Shown: positions 1-13,929, counted from the first letter of the stretch. The stretch is DNA of 64,000 nt from Eledone cirrhosa (GCA_964016885.1 OZ024743.1:304544001-304608000); one strand, 5' to 3'. Program-made: numbers and translations. Notes: a model not told the origin generated them from the letters alone.

Positions 1-350
1 TCATATGTATGTATATATAATTTTAAGATTTTAACAACTTGTTTATGCTATATACAGGTTATGTTCACTTGAAAACACAGACAATAGAAACCTAGAGACA
101 TATAGAGAATGAGTGAGACAGAAAGATTGTGATTGACAAAGAGAAAATATAACTGAAAATATGAAGTGAATGGAATAAACATCCAATGTATTAAAGATTG
201 AAGTTACTTGAGTAAATTGTGGCATTCTTCACAATTGTTTGTATTTATTCATATTTGTCTGTTTCTAAATATAGGCACACAGAAATATATTTCTTTCTTA
301 GAGATTGTGTAATTGACGGTGTCTCGAATATTTATGTATGTGGGAGTGAG

Positions 351-362
<12 letters not shown>

Positions 363-443
<81 letters not shown>
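363..443. repeat. (TA)n microsatellite, representative of dozens of (TA)n/(CA)n/(GA)n tracts in the window
   Basis: Direct dinucleotide repeat; source of the many [12 protein letters not shown] spurious ORFs. Confidence 0.98.
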
Positions 444-448
<5 letters not shown>

Positions 449-842
449 ACATTCATATACACACACGCGCAGATATATATAAAGAAATAGATAGATACAC
501 ATCCACGCACACACACGCATATACACACATACACACACAAAGATATATATTTGTGTATATAAGGCGGGGGCGGGGTATTTGTGTGTATAAAGGAATAAAG
601 AAAAAGACAGAGCGATTTAAAATCATAAAGATTGACACAACGACAGACAGCCTAAACATGTACATCAATATTGAATTCTGCCTCACTTGTAAGCCCCCAA
701 TATCACTGGGTCTAAAGAATATATATACTGTATATATATATATATATATATATATAACGAAGGAGGTGTGGTAAGGAATCAGGTGGACCATAACGCAACA
801 GAGTAGTCAATACTTAGTGTAGTAGAGGGTGTAATAGGAATA

Positions 843-940
843 TGTTTAACCCGACGGCAGAGATCAAGCCGTTTCGACGGCTATTTCTCGTCTAGGAATA
901 ACCGTCGAAACGGCTTGAGCTCTGCCGTCGGGGTTAAACA
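843..940. repeat. ~98-bp near-perfect inverted repeat (hairpin)
   Basis: tgtttaacccgacggcagagatcaagccgtttcgacgg... is mirrored by ...ccgtcgaaacggcttgagctctgccgtcggggttaaaca, with a short central loop. Confidence 0.9.
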
Positions 941-964
941 GTTTCCTTTATATATATATATATA

Positions 965-1004
<40 letters not shown>

Positions 1005-1844
1005 CATATATATATATATATATATAAAAACAGAGAAAGAGAAAGATATATATTTGTGTGTGGGTATGTGTAACCAAAGCATAAGTGTACAAGACTAGAC
1101 ACACATGTTCAATTCATCCTTTGTATCTTAAAATTCAATTTCAATTTCCTAGGAGATAGTTATCCGAGTTAAATTTCCAGTATTTTATTGTTTCCAATAT
1201 ATTTGTCTCGGCTTGTCCACTTACGTCTTTGCTTTCTTGCTTTCCTATATACCGGCGTGAAAAAATATCTGCTATAAAAGAAATTGTCAATGTAATAATT
1301 CTTAGATAAATATTTATCTATTCACTCATGTATTATATTATTTAGTTAATATGATTATTTTTTTAATTTTCTTCAAATGTTTGTCTCCATTTTAAACAGT
1401 GACATCATGTGCTTTTTCTGTTACCCTTTTGCAACCTGTTGCTTTGGAAATTGATAACAAAATATTCGGCATTTTGCTCTTTTTCCTTCATGGGGATTTC
1501 CATTTATGAGCTATGTAAGTGCTTCTTTATATTCTTTAACTGTTCCATTTTGGTATTCGCTGTTTGTTTGTACTTTCATTGGAGCCCTTTGGATCATTTC
1601 ACTTATTACTTCATATTTGCACAAACGGCTCAGGAATTCGAATGTTATCAAATGCCATTGGTTCTGTTGCTATCTGTCGGTGATTTTGTTTTAATATCCG
1701 TTTCAAATATTTTATTTGGCTTCTAAAATATGTTTGTTAATTCGTTCTTTCTTAAATCTTGAGCTTGTATTGTATATTCTGTTTTTGCACTACATTTGTT
1801 CGTTTTGTCTACCAACCACTTTAGTTTAGCACGTATATATATAT

Positions 1845-1937
<93 letters not shown>

Positions 1938-2139
1938 GGGTTTAAAAGTGTCGAAGTCATTGTTACATCCTATGTGCAAATGTTATTGCATATTATAGTT
2001 GTTTCGATATCGATCAGCTCAGGATATAATGAAGGGGACGGGGCCCGACTCATTGTCGATATCTCATCACATATACGAGCTTATATGTGCAAAGACACAC
2101 ACATATACTTGTATATATATATATACATACATACATACA

Positions 2140-2742
2140 TGGTGGCTGCCAACTCGTTTTCGAGTATGGCCAATACTTTATATCCACGTAGGAGAACCCC
2201 TACCGATGCGCTGAACGAGTGTGACTTTTTAGTCCAGCCAGTGACTTGAAAACTCTGGTACAAACACTACACTTGTGACAATTATTGACACATAGTGCTG
2301 GGCCCATGGTACCATGTGACGACAAGTGCAGAGAGATCTCCAGATATAAAGCAATGCCTGTACCATGAAGCTTTTATAGTGAGCAAAGGCACTACACAAA
2401 GCCAGTCCCACTCTCTTAACCAAGATGATATTTTCCAAAAGGAAGAACAAGTCATTGGATACCATCAGGGTTGCAGGTGTTACATCAGAGTTTTCCTTCT
2501 CCTAGAATTCTGCCTTGACAAAGGCTAAAGGGTCATCTCTCCCGGTGATTTTGGATGGCCATTGACTCTTAAGAGCTCCTTTGCCCTTTGACAGGTTTTG
2601 TTTTTAGTTCTGCAGGATGTCCAAAGCCACCCTCCTCATCAAGAAACCTTGGTGAGGTTGCCAATTTAGTCGCCAACGACCCGACCATGAGACAGGTTGT
2701 ACTGGGGTACATGTTACCAGTAGCACCAACTGGTGACCTGAA
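2140..2742 (+). mobile_element. ~600-bp non-coding interspersed repeat (SINE-like), flanked by (TACA)n; copy 1
   Basis: High similarity to 31707-32310; both copies start and end in tacatacatac tracts. Orientation is assumed. Confidence 0.8.
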
Positions 2743-2811
2743 ATACATACATACATACATACACACACACAAACACACACAAATACACACACACACACAC
2801 ACACACACATG

Positions 2812-2882
<71 letters not shown>

Positions 2883-2925
2883 AATGAAGAATAACATGGT
2901 CGGCTGTACAAAAAGGGTTTATTTA

Positions 2926-3036
2926 CAGTATTAACACGTTTCATTAATCAGATGGGGCTAAAAGCCGCTGATCGTTAGAAATTACGTCGCTCGACATTAA
3001 TTACAGTGTTTGCCTGATCAAATGATCAGAATACTG
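2926..3036 (-). ncRNA. Hammerhead ribozyme-like motif (type I, long stem II, G8C core change)
   Basis: Minus strand: cagtatt-CTGATCA-tttgatcagg...ctgattaat-GAAA-cgtg-TT-aatactg. Perfect 7-bp stem I; stem II ttgatcag/ctgattaa. Confidence 0.65.
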
Positions 3037-3416
3037 GTGTCTATATAACACAGAGCATTGGTATTTATAGATACATCGGAGAATAAAATAAAAGAAAACA
3101 ACAACAACGACGACAATAATAATAATAATGTTTTGTTTATTAACCACAAGGGTTTACATAAAGTAGACATTAAGGAGAGTACAGGACAATACAGGACGGT
3201 ACAAATGGGCATTTCTGCGTGTAAAAAAACGGAGGTTGAAATAAAATAACAAAGAAAAATTCCCCAATAGGGGGGAGACTTCCGAGGGACATTTGTGGAG
3301 AAAGCCCATTAAAAGACCACAGTGGCCCTGACCACCAGGGCAAGTGCCCTCTCCCAGTTTTCCACCTTTAATTTACAGACACATACTCAGAGAAGGCCCA
3401 TTCATTCGGGCCATAT

Positions 3417-6400
3417 TTATTCTCTCACCCATCTTTCAACAAAATGCTGGGAAGAGAGCACTTCCCTCTCTACCCTGATTTTCCTTTTCAAATGAAATTT
3501 GAAAAAGTTAATCAGGGCATCACCGAAGAGGTAAGTGCTCGTCTTCAGCCCTTTCAAACGTGTCCACCATACTATCTCTTTCGCCATGGCCACCAGACAG
3601 ATAAAAACTGCTTGCCCTTCCCGGCTAAAGGAAGGGGGCGGGGCAATCCTCACGATGGACTCAGCTGATAGCTGGATCCGTCCTACACGTGACAGCAGGT
3701 GTTCGACATAAACCCACAAGTCAACAATGCTCGGACACTGGACGAGTGCGTGCAGGACGGTTTCGTCGCCCTGCGCGCATCTCGGACATGCCCGGCTGAC
3801 GGCACCTCCATGCCTGTAGAGTTTATCCCGAACTGGCAAAGCTCCTCGGTAGCACTGCCAGGCCAGGGATTTCTGGAAGTTGTCCATAGGCCCCGGCCCG
3901 AAAGTCCTTCCGAAGAGATTGACTAGTTGATTTTCGTCGACGCCTAGAGTTTCTCCAAGTACGTCGTCGCTCTTCCCCTCCACTAATCCCCTATAGAACG
4001 CCAAGGTGGAGTTTCCACCGATCACATTGCCCGATTGGTCGAGGGCTGTGAGCGCCTGAAGACATTCCAGTCTCCAAGCGCTCCCTCTCGGTCTTCGCTT
4101 GACCCAGGACTGCAGCTCCGTCAAGGAGTCGAGCTGGGGAAAAACGTGTCTAGCAAACGGAGACTACACCTGATCACCGTCGAGGATGAGGTGGAGATGT
4201 CGTAGCCTGAGCGCGTGTCTGCGCATCATCAGCCACGGCATGCCCAGCCCTCCACGTAGCGGGTGTTGACAGCAGATGGACCGCCTGACCATCGGAGCGC
4301 GTCCCTTCCACAAGAAGCGAAAGAGCAAACGCTCCAGCGCAGTCAGGCGGGACTTAGGACAAGGTACGACGGTCAGGCGGTAGTAGATGACGGATGCGAT
4401 GTACGCATTCGCGACCTCCGCTCGACCTTTCGGGGATAGCTTCCTCTCGGCCCATTTCTGGGTGAGAGAAGCCACCCTGCTCGTCACCTCGTCCCAGTTT
4501 TTGTCCGTCTGGAGGTCTGGACCGAACCAGACCCCTAGCAATTTAACCGGTCCGTCCGTCCAGCGCCAGACGACGCTGTTGGACGGCATGGACCTGCCTC
4601 TCCAGGTGCCGAGCTGCAAGCCCACTGACTTTTCCTGGTTGATCATTGCTCCTGTCACCGCTTCGTATTCTCTTAGTGTAGTGCCGATCGCCTCGATGTG
4701 TTTGGCGTTCGACACCACTACGGTGACATCGTCCGCATATGCTGACACGGATCTTCCGCATCCTAGTTCGCGCGGGACCCCCCTCAACGTCTCCAGTTTG
4801 TGCAGTAATGGCTCCAGAGTCAATACGTACAATAGGGACGAGAGGGGACATCCTTGGCGGACCGAGCGCATGATGTTGAACAGTTCCGAAAGGTGACCGT
4901 TCACTCTCACTACAGAGCAGATGTCGCTGTGCATGGCAGCAATCCAGCCTCTGAAGACGGGCCCAAAGCCAGCCGCTCTCAGGACTGCCGCTAGGTAACG
5001 ATAGTCGACCCTATCGAAGGCTTTCGACCGATCTAAATTGATCAAAGACCCACCCGTGCCAGGTTCCCTAGCTACCCTCTCTACGATGTATCGCATGAGG
5101 TGGAGGTTGTCGTGGATGGATCTGTCGGGAATGGCGCATGTCTGTGCCTCTCCCACCAGACCACCAACGACAAGCGCCAACCTCTTTGCTAGCACCTTGG
5201 CCAAAATCTTGAACTCTGTGTTTAGCAGAGTTATGGGCCTAAAATTATCTATGTTATCCCCCTTGTTCGGATCCTTTCTCAGCAGCGCCACCGCTCCTCG
5301 GCTCACAGAGCTGGGAATTCTCCAGTTCTGTTGCCAGTTGCAGTAGACGTCCGCCAAGAGGCCTCCGAACAAGTTTGGCATTTGTACGTAAAGTTCGTAG
5401 GGCAGACCATCCAAACCAGGCGATTTACCCCTTGTGCAACTAGTCATTGCATCCCGTACTTCAGCGGTTGTTATCGGCTTTTCGCAACACTCCGCCTCAG
5501 TGGCCGAAAGCCGCGGCAGTCCGTCGAGGTAGACACTAAAGTCCATCCCTCGATCCGGCCCGCCACTGCCCCCGAACAGTTGAGCGAAGTGTCGCTGAAA
5601 AGCTTCACACATTTGCCCGGGATCGAGTAGCATGCGCCCGTCGTGGTCCACCAAAGACCGGATCGTGGCTTTGTTGCCACGACGCGATCCGCCACTCGGG
5701 CCCATTGAATGGCTTTCGTCCCCTCGTGTCTGAGAGCACGCACCCTAGCTCTGACAACGCAGCCTTCGTGCTTTGCATTGAAGAATTGGTCAAGGGCCAA
5801 TTTCGCCGCAAGTACGTCGGTCGAGATGCCTTTGCTAAGCGCCTCATCTAATTTTCTAACTAATTCTCCCTCTGCTCTATTTTTCTCTATTGCTAAAGTC
5901 TTACTAAACCTAATGGACTCTATTCTAATTGCTCTTTTCAGAGCAAACCACCACTTGTTGTTGACGATGGCCCCCGTCAACGCCCGCTTAACTAGTTCGC
6001 TAATCCGGTCTCTGTAGGCCTTGCGCGCTGGTAAGGACGCGTTTAGCTTCCAGTAGCCGGGTCCTTGTCTATGAAGCCTATCTAAGTCAAGCACACAGAT
6101 CACGAATTTGTGGTCCGTGTAGCTGACTATCTTGAATTGTGGACAGCCTATGCTAGACCTATCTATTTCCCTACAAAATACTCTATCTAGATATGATCTG
6201 GATGACCCTATGCGATTTGTCCAAGTCCACATTGGTACATTCGGGAAATCCATTCGGTACCTGTCAGACAGTTCAAAACGTCTGAGCAGGTTGGTGAGAC
6301 TCTTGCACCCTCCTTCCCTATCCACTAATTCCACACAATCCCAGCGTGCATCTAAGAACCCGTTCCAGTCGCCCACTAACACTAAAGAGCGGGACGTTCC

Positions 6401-6790
6401 AAGAAAGGTCTCCAGACGCCGGAAGAAATCAGGCCGCCCTGCTCCTGTCGGGGCATAGACGGCCACTAACCTGAAAGCTTGCCCGTCTCCGCTGGTCACG
6501 TCCAGCACCACCAACTTACCTTCTGGGTCCAGGAAGATGGCCCGTATGGCAAGATCCAAACCTCTCCGAAAAAGCACAGCAACTCCTCCCCCCGATCCCG
6601 GACGGCTGGGAGATGCGTACACATCGTAGCCGCCGAAGATCGGTGCGAAAGCCTGTGCTTCGGAGATTCTGGTCTCGCTGATGGCCACTACATCTATGTT
6701 TAGTGACCTGAGGTCATTGAGCAGGTGGCCCTGCTTCCATGACGACCCCAAGCCACGCGCATTTATGCTGCCTATTCTGAGTGAGGTCAT
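3417..6790 (-). pseudogene. L1/Tx1 ORF2 (APE endonuclease + reverse transcriptase), disrupted
   Basis: Motifs GSINARGL, ISETR, LVGDWN, SYLDR, TDH (APE); KSPGLDGLP, RPITLLN, KAFDRV, VRQGCPLS, AYADD (RT); CPRC..ETVLHALVQCP. Frameshift near 5690 and in-frame stop at 4164-4166. Confidence 0.92.
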
Positions 6791-6824
6791 GTTGAAAAGG
6801 AGTGGAAAAGATGGGAAAGACCAC

Positions 6825-8449
6825 TTACCTTACTTCTCGTAGGGGAAGTACGGTTTTTCCATCCTTTTCACTGCTTGTGGCCTCCTCAGGAAGGATGTCC
6901 TTATAAATCCTCCTGGAGAGTGCTTGTCGGAAGTCTCCGATGTCTTTGGTGAATTTTTGTTTTAGTGTCATGTACGTTTTCTGTGTGATGTGAGTGATTT
7001 GTATGTGTGGAGGTGGTGTGAATTTTGGGGTTGTTGTGTAGTCTTTTTCTGTGATGCTGGTGTTGTGTTGGATGTAGTGTAATAATTGCTTGTTGTTCAA
7101 ATTTAATGCTGTGTAGTGTGTATCGTTTTGGTTGTTTTGTTTTGTTTGCGTTTGTTGTGGGTTTGTTTGCGTTTGTTGTGGGTTTGTGTAGGTGAGGATG
7201 GTGGCATATCTGTCCTAACTTTTTTGTTTGTTAATTTATTTGTTTCCCTCTGTATTTTGTTTTTGGAGGGGGAAGGAAGAGAATTTTTTCTCTTTTGGTT
7301 TCTTTTTTTTTCCGGATATCGTTTCCCACTCCTCGTCGTCACAATCTGTCTCCAGTTGTGATAGGCCGGGGAGTGGAAAATCCTCCACAGCCGTTAGTTT
7401 TGGTTGTGGCGTGGTGGATGGTGTAGGCGCTGGTGCTAGTTCTGAAGCGTTGGGTGGTGGTGGTGTTGGTTTTGCTGGTGGTGGTGGTGGTGTTGGTTTT
7501 GCTACTGTTGCTGGGGTTGTTGCTGTTATAGTTGCTTCTGTTGTTGCTGCTACAGTTGTTGCTTCCATCTCTGCTACTGGTGGTGTTGATGGTTGTGTCA
7601 CTGGGGTGGGTAGGAGAGGTGGCCTCAACCTTTTAGCCTGAGGGCAGAAAGCCCTTAGGTGGGTTCCTTCACCACAAACGACACACCTAGGTCTTCTGCC
7701 CTCGACAATTACCGTGAGGTGGCTGCCGTCAGTGAGGTCTATTACCCCTGGGATCTCCTCAATGCTTTTTTGGTCCGCTTGGATCAGGAGCTCCATCCCA
7801 GATCCGGACCCGTTCTCCTGCTTTTCTTTTGCTATTGCTATTATTTTTGTGTTGGCTTCGATGCCGGCGAGGACGGCCGCTATTAGCCAGGGAATTTCGA
7901 TGGCCGGTGGAACGTGGGTCACCCTGATCTTTGCGAGTTTCTGGCCACAATAGCTTGGGACGAGTGTGAAGTCGTCACTTCTTAATGGGGCCATGGAGTC
8001 TTCTCTAGCCTCCTCTGGTGTTTCAAAGAACACGTCCACGGTTCCATACTTTTGCCCACGTCTGATGTGGGTTTTTCTTGCCCACACATGTCCCAAAGCT
8101 TTTTGGATTTGGGACTCGGATGCCCGTTCCACTCGGCGCGATTTTACATTTATTGTTCGATACGACACGGTGCATAGGCGCCGATGCTCCATTTTATTAG
8201 ATGGGGGGTGAGGCTGACTCTGTACCCATCTTTCTTTACCATTTGTTTGGCATTTTCTAAATCCTCCTGGGTTACCGTAAATGCTTCGAACTGTTTTGCT
8301 ACTCTGGCGAAACTGAGGGTGGTTTTTATAATGTCATTGTTGTTGTTGTTGCTATCGTTATTTGTGTTAATATTAATTTTAGTTTCAGTTGTGGTGGTGG
8401 TGACGTCAGTCGTCTTTGGTGGGGAAGAGTCCATTTTGCTTGATTTCAT
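6825..8449 (-). pseudogene. L1/Tx1 ORF1 (gag-like, CCHC zinc knuckle), frameshifted
   Basis: ORF pieces 8150-8449, 7236-8192, 7103-7342 and 6825-7100 lie upstream of ORF2; CVVCGEGTHLRAFC = CX2CX4HX4C; Pro/Thr-rich linker. Confidence 0.8.
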
Positions 8450-8945
8450 TTCGACATCACGAGTTTATTTTTTTTTTCTTCTTTTGTTTCTGTTGTCGCG
8501 GTGGTGGTGGAGGTGGTGGTTGTCGCGGTGGTGGTGGTGGTGGAGGCTTTAACACCTGCAGTCATTGGTAATGGCGGGAAATGAATGTCTGTCTGAGACA
8601 AATTTAAAATATTGCTAGTGCTTATATTTTTTTTAGTGTTCGCAAACGTAGTAACATTTACAATGGTGGTGTCGGTGTGAGGTGTTAATTTGTGAGAAAG
8701 GCTTTCAGCTGCTTGGTGCAGAGGTGAATTAGCCATTTTTTTTCAAAGAAATTTTTTGATAATCATAAAAGTTTAAATTTTGGGCACAAGGCGCCAATCT
8801 TTTTGGGTGTCCTTTTCGGAAAACAATGTATGTGTGCTTATATATGGTTAACAATAAAAATTTTCCATAAATGGCAATTTTTAACAAACGGAAATAACAA
8901 ACCTTTGCGGAGCTCACGGTGATACGATTTACTACGTAGGTCGCC

Positions 8946-8951
8946 AATAAC

Positions 8952-9015
<64 letters not shown>
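8946..9015. repeat. (TAA)n microsatellite between head-to-head retrotransposons
   Basis: Direct trinucleotide repeat. Confidence 0.97.
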
Positions 9016-12000
9016 GGGAAGAAGACGCAAATAATAGGGAAGAAGACGCACGAGGTGGTAGAAGGTCATGAAATCGCTCCCGTATGTTTTGAATTTTTAA
9101 CATATTTAAATCATTTGTGAAATAACAACTCTTAGTACAAATGCTACGTAAAGCATCCGGCTTGAGCCCAAAAAAAATTCGGACCCAAAATATATTGTTA
9201 TAAGGCTCAAATATTCAAATATTCAACTTTGTATTGTACATTGTATATTCAAAAAAGAAAATGGCTATAAATGGAAGAAGAATCCCCCCCCCATCCTCTG
9301 TCTACACTATATAGAACAGCCAAACAACACCAATCTCACCAACACCAGAAACTAGATACACCACCTACCCCATCACCTCTCTGTGTACACTAAACACAAC
9401 AGCCAGATAACGGCAATTTCACCACCACCACAACCAATCTCAACATAATAAGGATAATAATAAATACTATTATTATTATCCCAAGTCTTAACAAAATGTT
9501 TAATCCCAACATTAAGGGAATTTAGGTCAACACATATACGCGACTAACCCCATAGATTCACCGACCGGACATCAGTCCTTCATTGCTACCACCGCTACAA
9601 CACCATCACTACTTCCATCATTACTGCCACTATCCCATCACCGCCGCCACCACTCCTTCATTGCTACCACCGCTACAACACCATCACTACAGTAATACGA
9701 TCACATCACCACCACCACTGCCTCGGTATCGACATCACCACCACCACTGTTTCAGTATCACTACCGCCGCTATTCTCTCCCATTGCTTCCTGCTAGTTGC
9801 TGCCACCACATTATAGAATTCCTACTAAAAAAAGGGGAGGCATCAAAATAGACTCAAAAGAAAAAAGAAAATACAAACATCAAAACCAAAGCAGCACAGC
9901 AACAACAGCAAAAAACGAGAAAGACAAACAGAGAAAAACAAAAACAAAATCAAAAAAAGAAAGAAAAAAAAACGTAAAGAGAAAATAAGAATGAAGAGAG
10001 AAACAGGCGGACGGACAGAGTAGAGAAGGGAAAAACTAAGTCAGACATTCGAACATTACATTACGATGAAACTTATGCTTATTCATTTTTGGGGTTTTTT
10101 CTTCCTGTGTGTTTGTTTGTTTATTTGTGTTCGTCTACAGAATGGTGATAATGCCACACAAGAGCCAAGTGAAGCGGCGCAACCACCGGAGACGGTGAAT
10201 CCACAGATGGCTATGTAAACATACATTCGCCAATCCTCGATAAGAGTGTTTAAATACCGAACCTAAACAGTTCGAATAACGGTGAAATGGAGACAAGAAC
10301 GTCATGTGACAGACTCTCACCCAACAGGTGCTCCCTGGCTCAGCAGCAGGAACCTGACTGTCAACCAAATACTGCTGGTATTTGAGGAAGAAGAAGAAGG
10401 AAAGGGGCCAGAACCAACTGGACGAAAGAATTGAATAGAACTGTTATGCAATGTTACCTGAAAAGTAACCCCAAGAAGAGGGTCTATAGGAGACGGATGC
10501 ATAACATCTGGAACGAGATTGGTCTATTTAAATTAGATGAACAAAAATTGGCCGGGCAGGCTCGGGTAATAAGAACTAATGGGTGGATAAGCGAGCTGGA
10601 ACTGGAGGAACTGAGCAGAGAGAATAGCTTGGAGATGGAGGGTGTAGTATGCCAGACAAACGAGCCAGTGGGAAATGAAGGTGAAGAGGTCGAGAGAACG
10701 GAGGAACCAACCGAAGCAGACAATGATCTGAATATTAAGATAAATAATACCTGGAACAGAGATACGGCCACTGAGGAGATGAATGCTGACGGGCTAGGAC
10801 AAGATTCAGTTGACATCCTAAATTTAGTGGTAGATGAATTGAACAATGATAGTGGGAGACTTATGAACCTAAGATTTGTAGACAGGAAAAAGTTAAAAGA
10901 AACAACAGCTAAGGTAAACAAAGTCATCCCAAGCCTTGAGGCGAGGAGCCTTCACCAGTGCAACAATATCCACAAAGCAACAGCAAATACGGTGAGGAAA
11001 CTACTTGGTATAAAAGCGAGAGGAAACAACAGACAAGAAAGAGCAGAGCCTTGGTGGAAGAAACGACTGAGTGGTCAAATCAAGGAAATGAGAAATGTCA
11101 TAGAAAAGCTTGAGTCACTACTGAATGGGACACTAAAAAACATAGGGACTAAAAATAAACTGGAAATAAAGTACAAAACTAGGAGGAAAAAGCTAAATAT
11201 TATCATAGAGGAACTGAAGCAACGCATTGTAGCAAAGAGTGCAAAAATCAGGCGATACGAGAACAGAGTCAGTCAGTATAAGCAGAACCGCATATTCGAC
11301 AACAACCAGAAGATGCTGTTTGGACAGCTTGAGGGGAAAGAAAGAGGCAACGACTTGAGCCCTGAGGCGGAACAAACTAAAACATTCTGGAGAGGAATAT
11401 AGGAGCAGGATGTTAGACATAATGACCAGGCAGGGTAGATTGAGACAGTACAGAGGGAGATCGGTGAGCAGGCACACCAACAAACTGATTTGAGTATCAC
11501 AGTTGAAACTCTTAAGGGGCAGGCCAAAAAACTAACCAACTGGAAATCACCAGGCCCAGATGGTGTGCAGGGGTATTGGATTAAAAATTTAACATCCCTC
11601 CACCCGAGACTGACAGCCATGTTCAACGACTGCTTGGTGTCGGGTGATGTGCCAGAGTGGTTGACAAAAGGTACCACAGTTCTGATAATGAAAGACCGAA
11701 TCAAGGGTAATGATGTTACCAACTATAGACCTATCACATGTCTGTCCGTAATGTGGAAACTGTTGACGAGCATTGTGTCTGAGGAAATCTACCATCACCT
11801 CCACACAAACAACTTGTTACCGGACGAACAGAAAGGATGCCGAAAGAAGTCACGTGGTACAAAGGACCAGTTACTTATTGATAAGATGGTAATGGGGAAT
11901 TGCAGGAGGAGACACACTGATCTTGCCATGGGATGGATAGACTACAGAAAGGCATTTGACATGGTGCCTCATTCTTGGATCACCAAAAGCCTGGAGATCT

Positions 12001-13751
12001 TCAAGGTGGCAGATAACATCAAACAGTTGCTGGGCAGGAGTATGGGGTCCTGGGAGACAGAGATGACATCAACTGGAGAATCCTTGGGAAGCGTGAAGAT
12101 CAAGAGAGGTGTCTTCCAGGTAGATAGCCTGTCCCCTCTGTTGTTTGTCCTTGCCCTGATGCCCTTGACCATTATGCTGCGAAAAGGGAGAGCAGGATAC
12201 AAGTTGGGAAAGGGAGAGCTTACCATCAATCACCTCCCCTTCATGGACGATCTTAAGCTCTTCAGGAAGAGTGAGAAGCAGTTGGATGAGCTTGTTGACA
12301 CTGTCCGTATTTTCAGCAGTAATATATGTATGCAGTTTGGTATTAGTAAGTGTGGAGTCATTGTGATGAGGAGGGGTAGGTTGAGCAGAAGTAACGGAAT
12401 CCAGATACCAACAGGTGAGATGATAAAGGAAATTGACTTTGAGGAAGGATACAAGTATTTGGGCGTTCTGGAGGCTGATGGCATAAAGAACAAAAAAATG
12501 AAGGAATTGTTAAGAACTGAATACATTCGGAGAGTAAGGAGCGTATTGAAGTCACATCTGAACAGCAGAAATGCTATAAGCGCAGTAAATTCCCGAGCTG
12601 TGTCTATTATTAGGTACAGTGCGGGTATTCTGAGATGGAATGTTGCTGAACAAAAAGAAATGGATAAGAAGACTAGGAAGCTATTGACTATCTACAACAT
12701 GTTCCACAAGAGGAGTGATGTCGATAGACTCTACCTAAGGAGATCTGAGGGTGGAAGGGGTCTCATCAGCATAGATGACTGTGTTCCTATGGAGAAAAAC
12801 AACCTACACAAATACGTGACTGATAGTAAGGAGCCAATGCTCAGAACTGTACTGAAGGAGGGGACAATAGGCCAGGGGATGTCCAAGGAGGAAATAACAT
12901 CAAGGAGAAAGAGCAGCCTTCAGGGAAAATCCCTTCATAGTACCTTCTTTGAGAAAACTGAATTTAGAGATCCACAGACATGAAACTGGTTGAGAAGAGG
13001 AGACCTCAAAAAGGCTACAGAAGGAATGTTAATGGCTGCGCAGGAGCAGCCCTCAAAACGAATTGGTTGAAACACCATATTTACAAGGAGGGTGCTAGCC
13101 CACTGTGCAGGATCTGTGGAGAGAGAGAGGAGACTGTGGCTCACATTGTATCCGAGTGTAAACACCTAGCCCAGACCCACTATAAGGGCTGGACACATGA
13201 TGTGATGGGCAGGGTGATCCACTGGCACCTGTGCAAAGTAAACAATTTACCACATTCTGAGAAATGGTATGAGCATAGGCCAGAGGCGGTGATGGATAAC
13301 GATCAGGTGAAGGTGCTGTGGGATTTTAGGATACAGACGGACAAGAAACTGGAACACAATAGACCTGACCTGGTGGTTGTGGACAAAGAAAAAAGATCGT
13401 GTCTGATTGTGGATGTGGCCTGCCCATTCGACACGAGAGTGCAAGAGAAGGAGAGGGAGAAAATTAACCGATATAAGGACTTAAAGTGGGAGGTAAAAAG
13501 GATTTGGAAATGCCATGAAGTCAAAGTGATCCCGATTGTCATAGGCGCACTAGGAACTATCTCCAAAAGTTTCCAGGGATGGTTAAAGAAAATTGGCCCC
13601 TTCACGCTTTTTGGAACGCTTCAAAAGGCATGCTTGCTGGGAACAGCAAGAACCCTCCGATACGTCCTGAATATCTGAGGCTGCAGGTAGTGGCTTTATA
13701 TTCATTCCAACGGACTTTCCAGTTAACCAACATCAATGACTGTGATTCAAG

Positions 13752-13787
<36 letters not shown>
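9016..13787 (+). mobile_element. R4/Dong-like RLE non-LTR retrotransposon, family 1 copy A (with ~1.2-kb leader and (TAA)n tail)
   Basis: Disrupted single ORF ~10300-13678 with RT (KSPGPDG, YRPITCL, WIDYRKAFD, FMDD), CRIC..ETVAHIVSEC knuckle and RLE motif RPDLVVVD..IVDVACP..EKINRY; ends in (TAA)n. The leader is shared with the copy at 17036. Confidence 0.88.
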
Positions 13788-13815
<28 letters not shown>

Positions 13816-13898
13816 AAGAAGAGGAGAAGAAGAAGAAGAAGAAGAAGAAGAAGAAGAAGAAGAAGAAGAAGAAGAAGAAGAAGAAGAAGAAGAAGAAG

Positions 13899-13927
<29 letters not shown>
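13788..13927. repeat. (GAA)n microsatellite
   Basis: Direct trinucleotide repeat between two RLE elements. Confidence 0.97.

Positions 13928-13929
<2 letters not shown>

Larger units (their letters stand above)
3130..8945 (-). mobile_element. Near full-length, disrupted L1/Tx1-clade non-LTR retrotransposon
   Basis: Two-ORF layout with APE endonuclease, RT and C-terminal Zn motif; aataaa near the 3' end; (TTA)n on both sides. Confidence 0.9.

Noticed and set aside
249-791. ORFs rich in [12 protein letters not shown] (here and throughout the window)
   Set aside because: They are translations of stop-free microsatellites, not genes.
10225-10292. Possible ribozyme in the RLE leader (TCGATAA-stem-GAAT; also ~17925-17985)
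   Set aside because: There is a hairpin, but GAAA, stem III and stem I do not fit the hammerhead topology, and I could not fold an HDV-like pseudoknot by eye.
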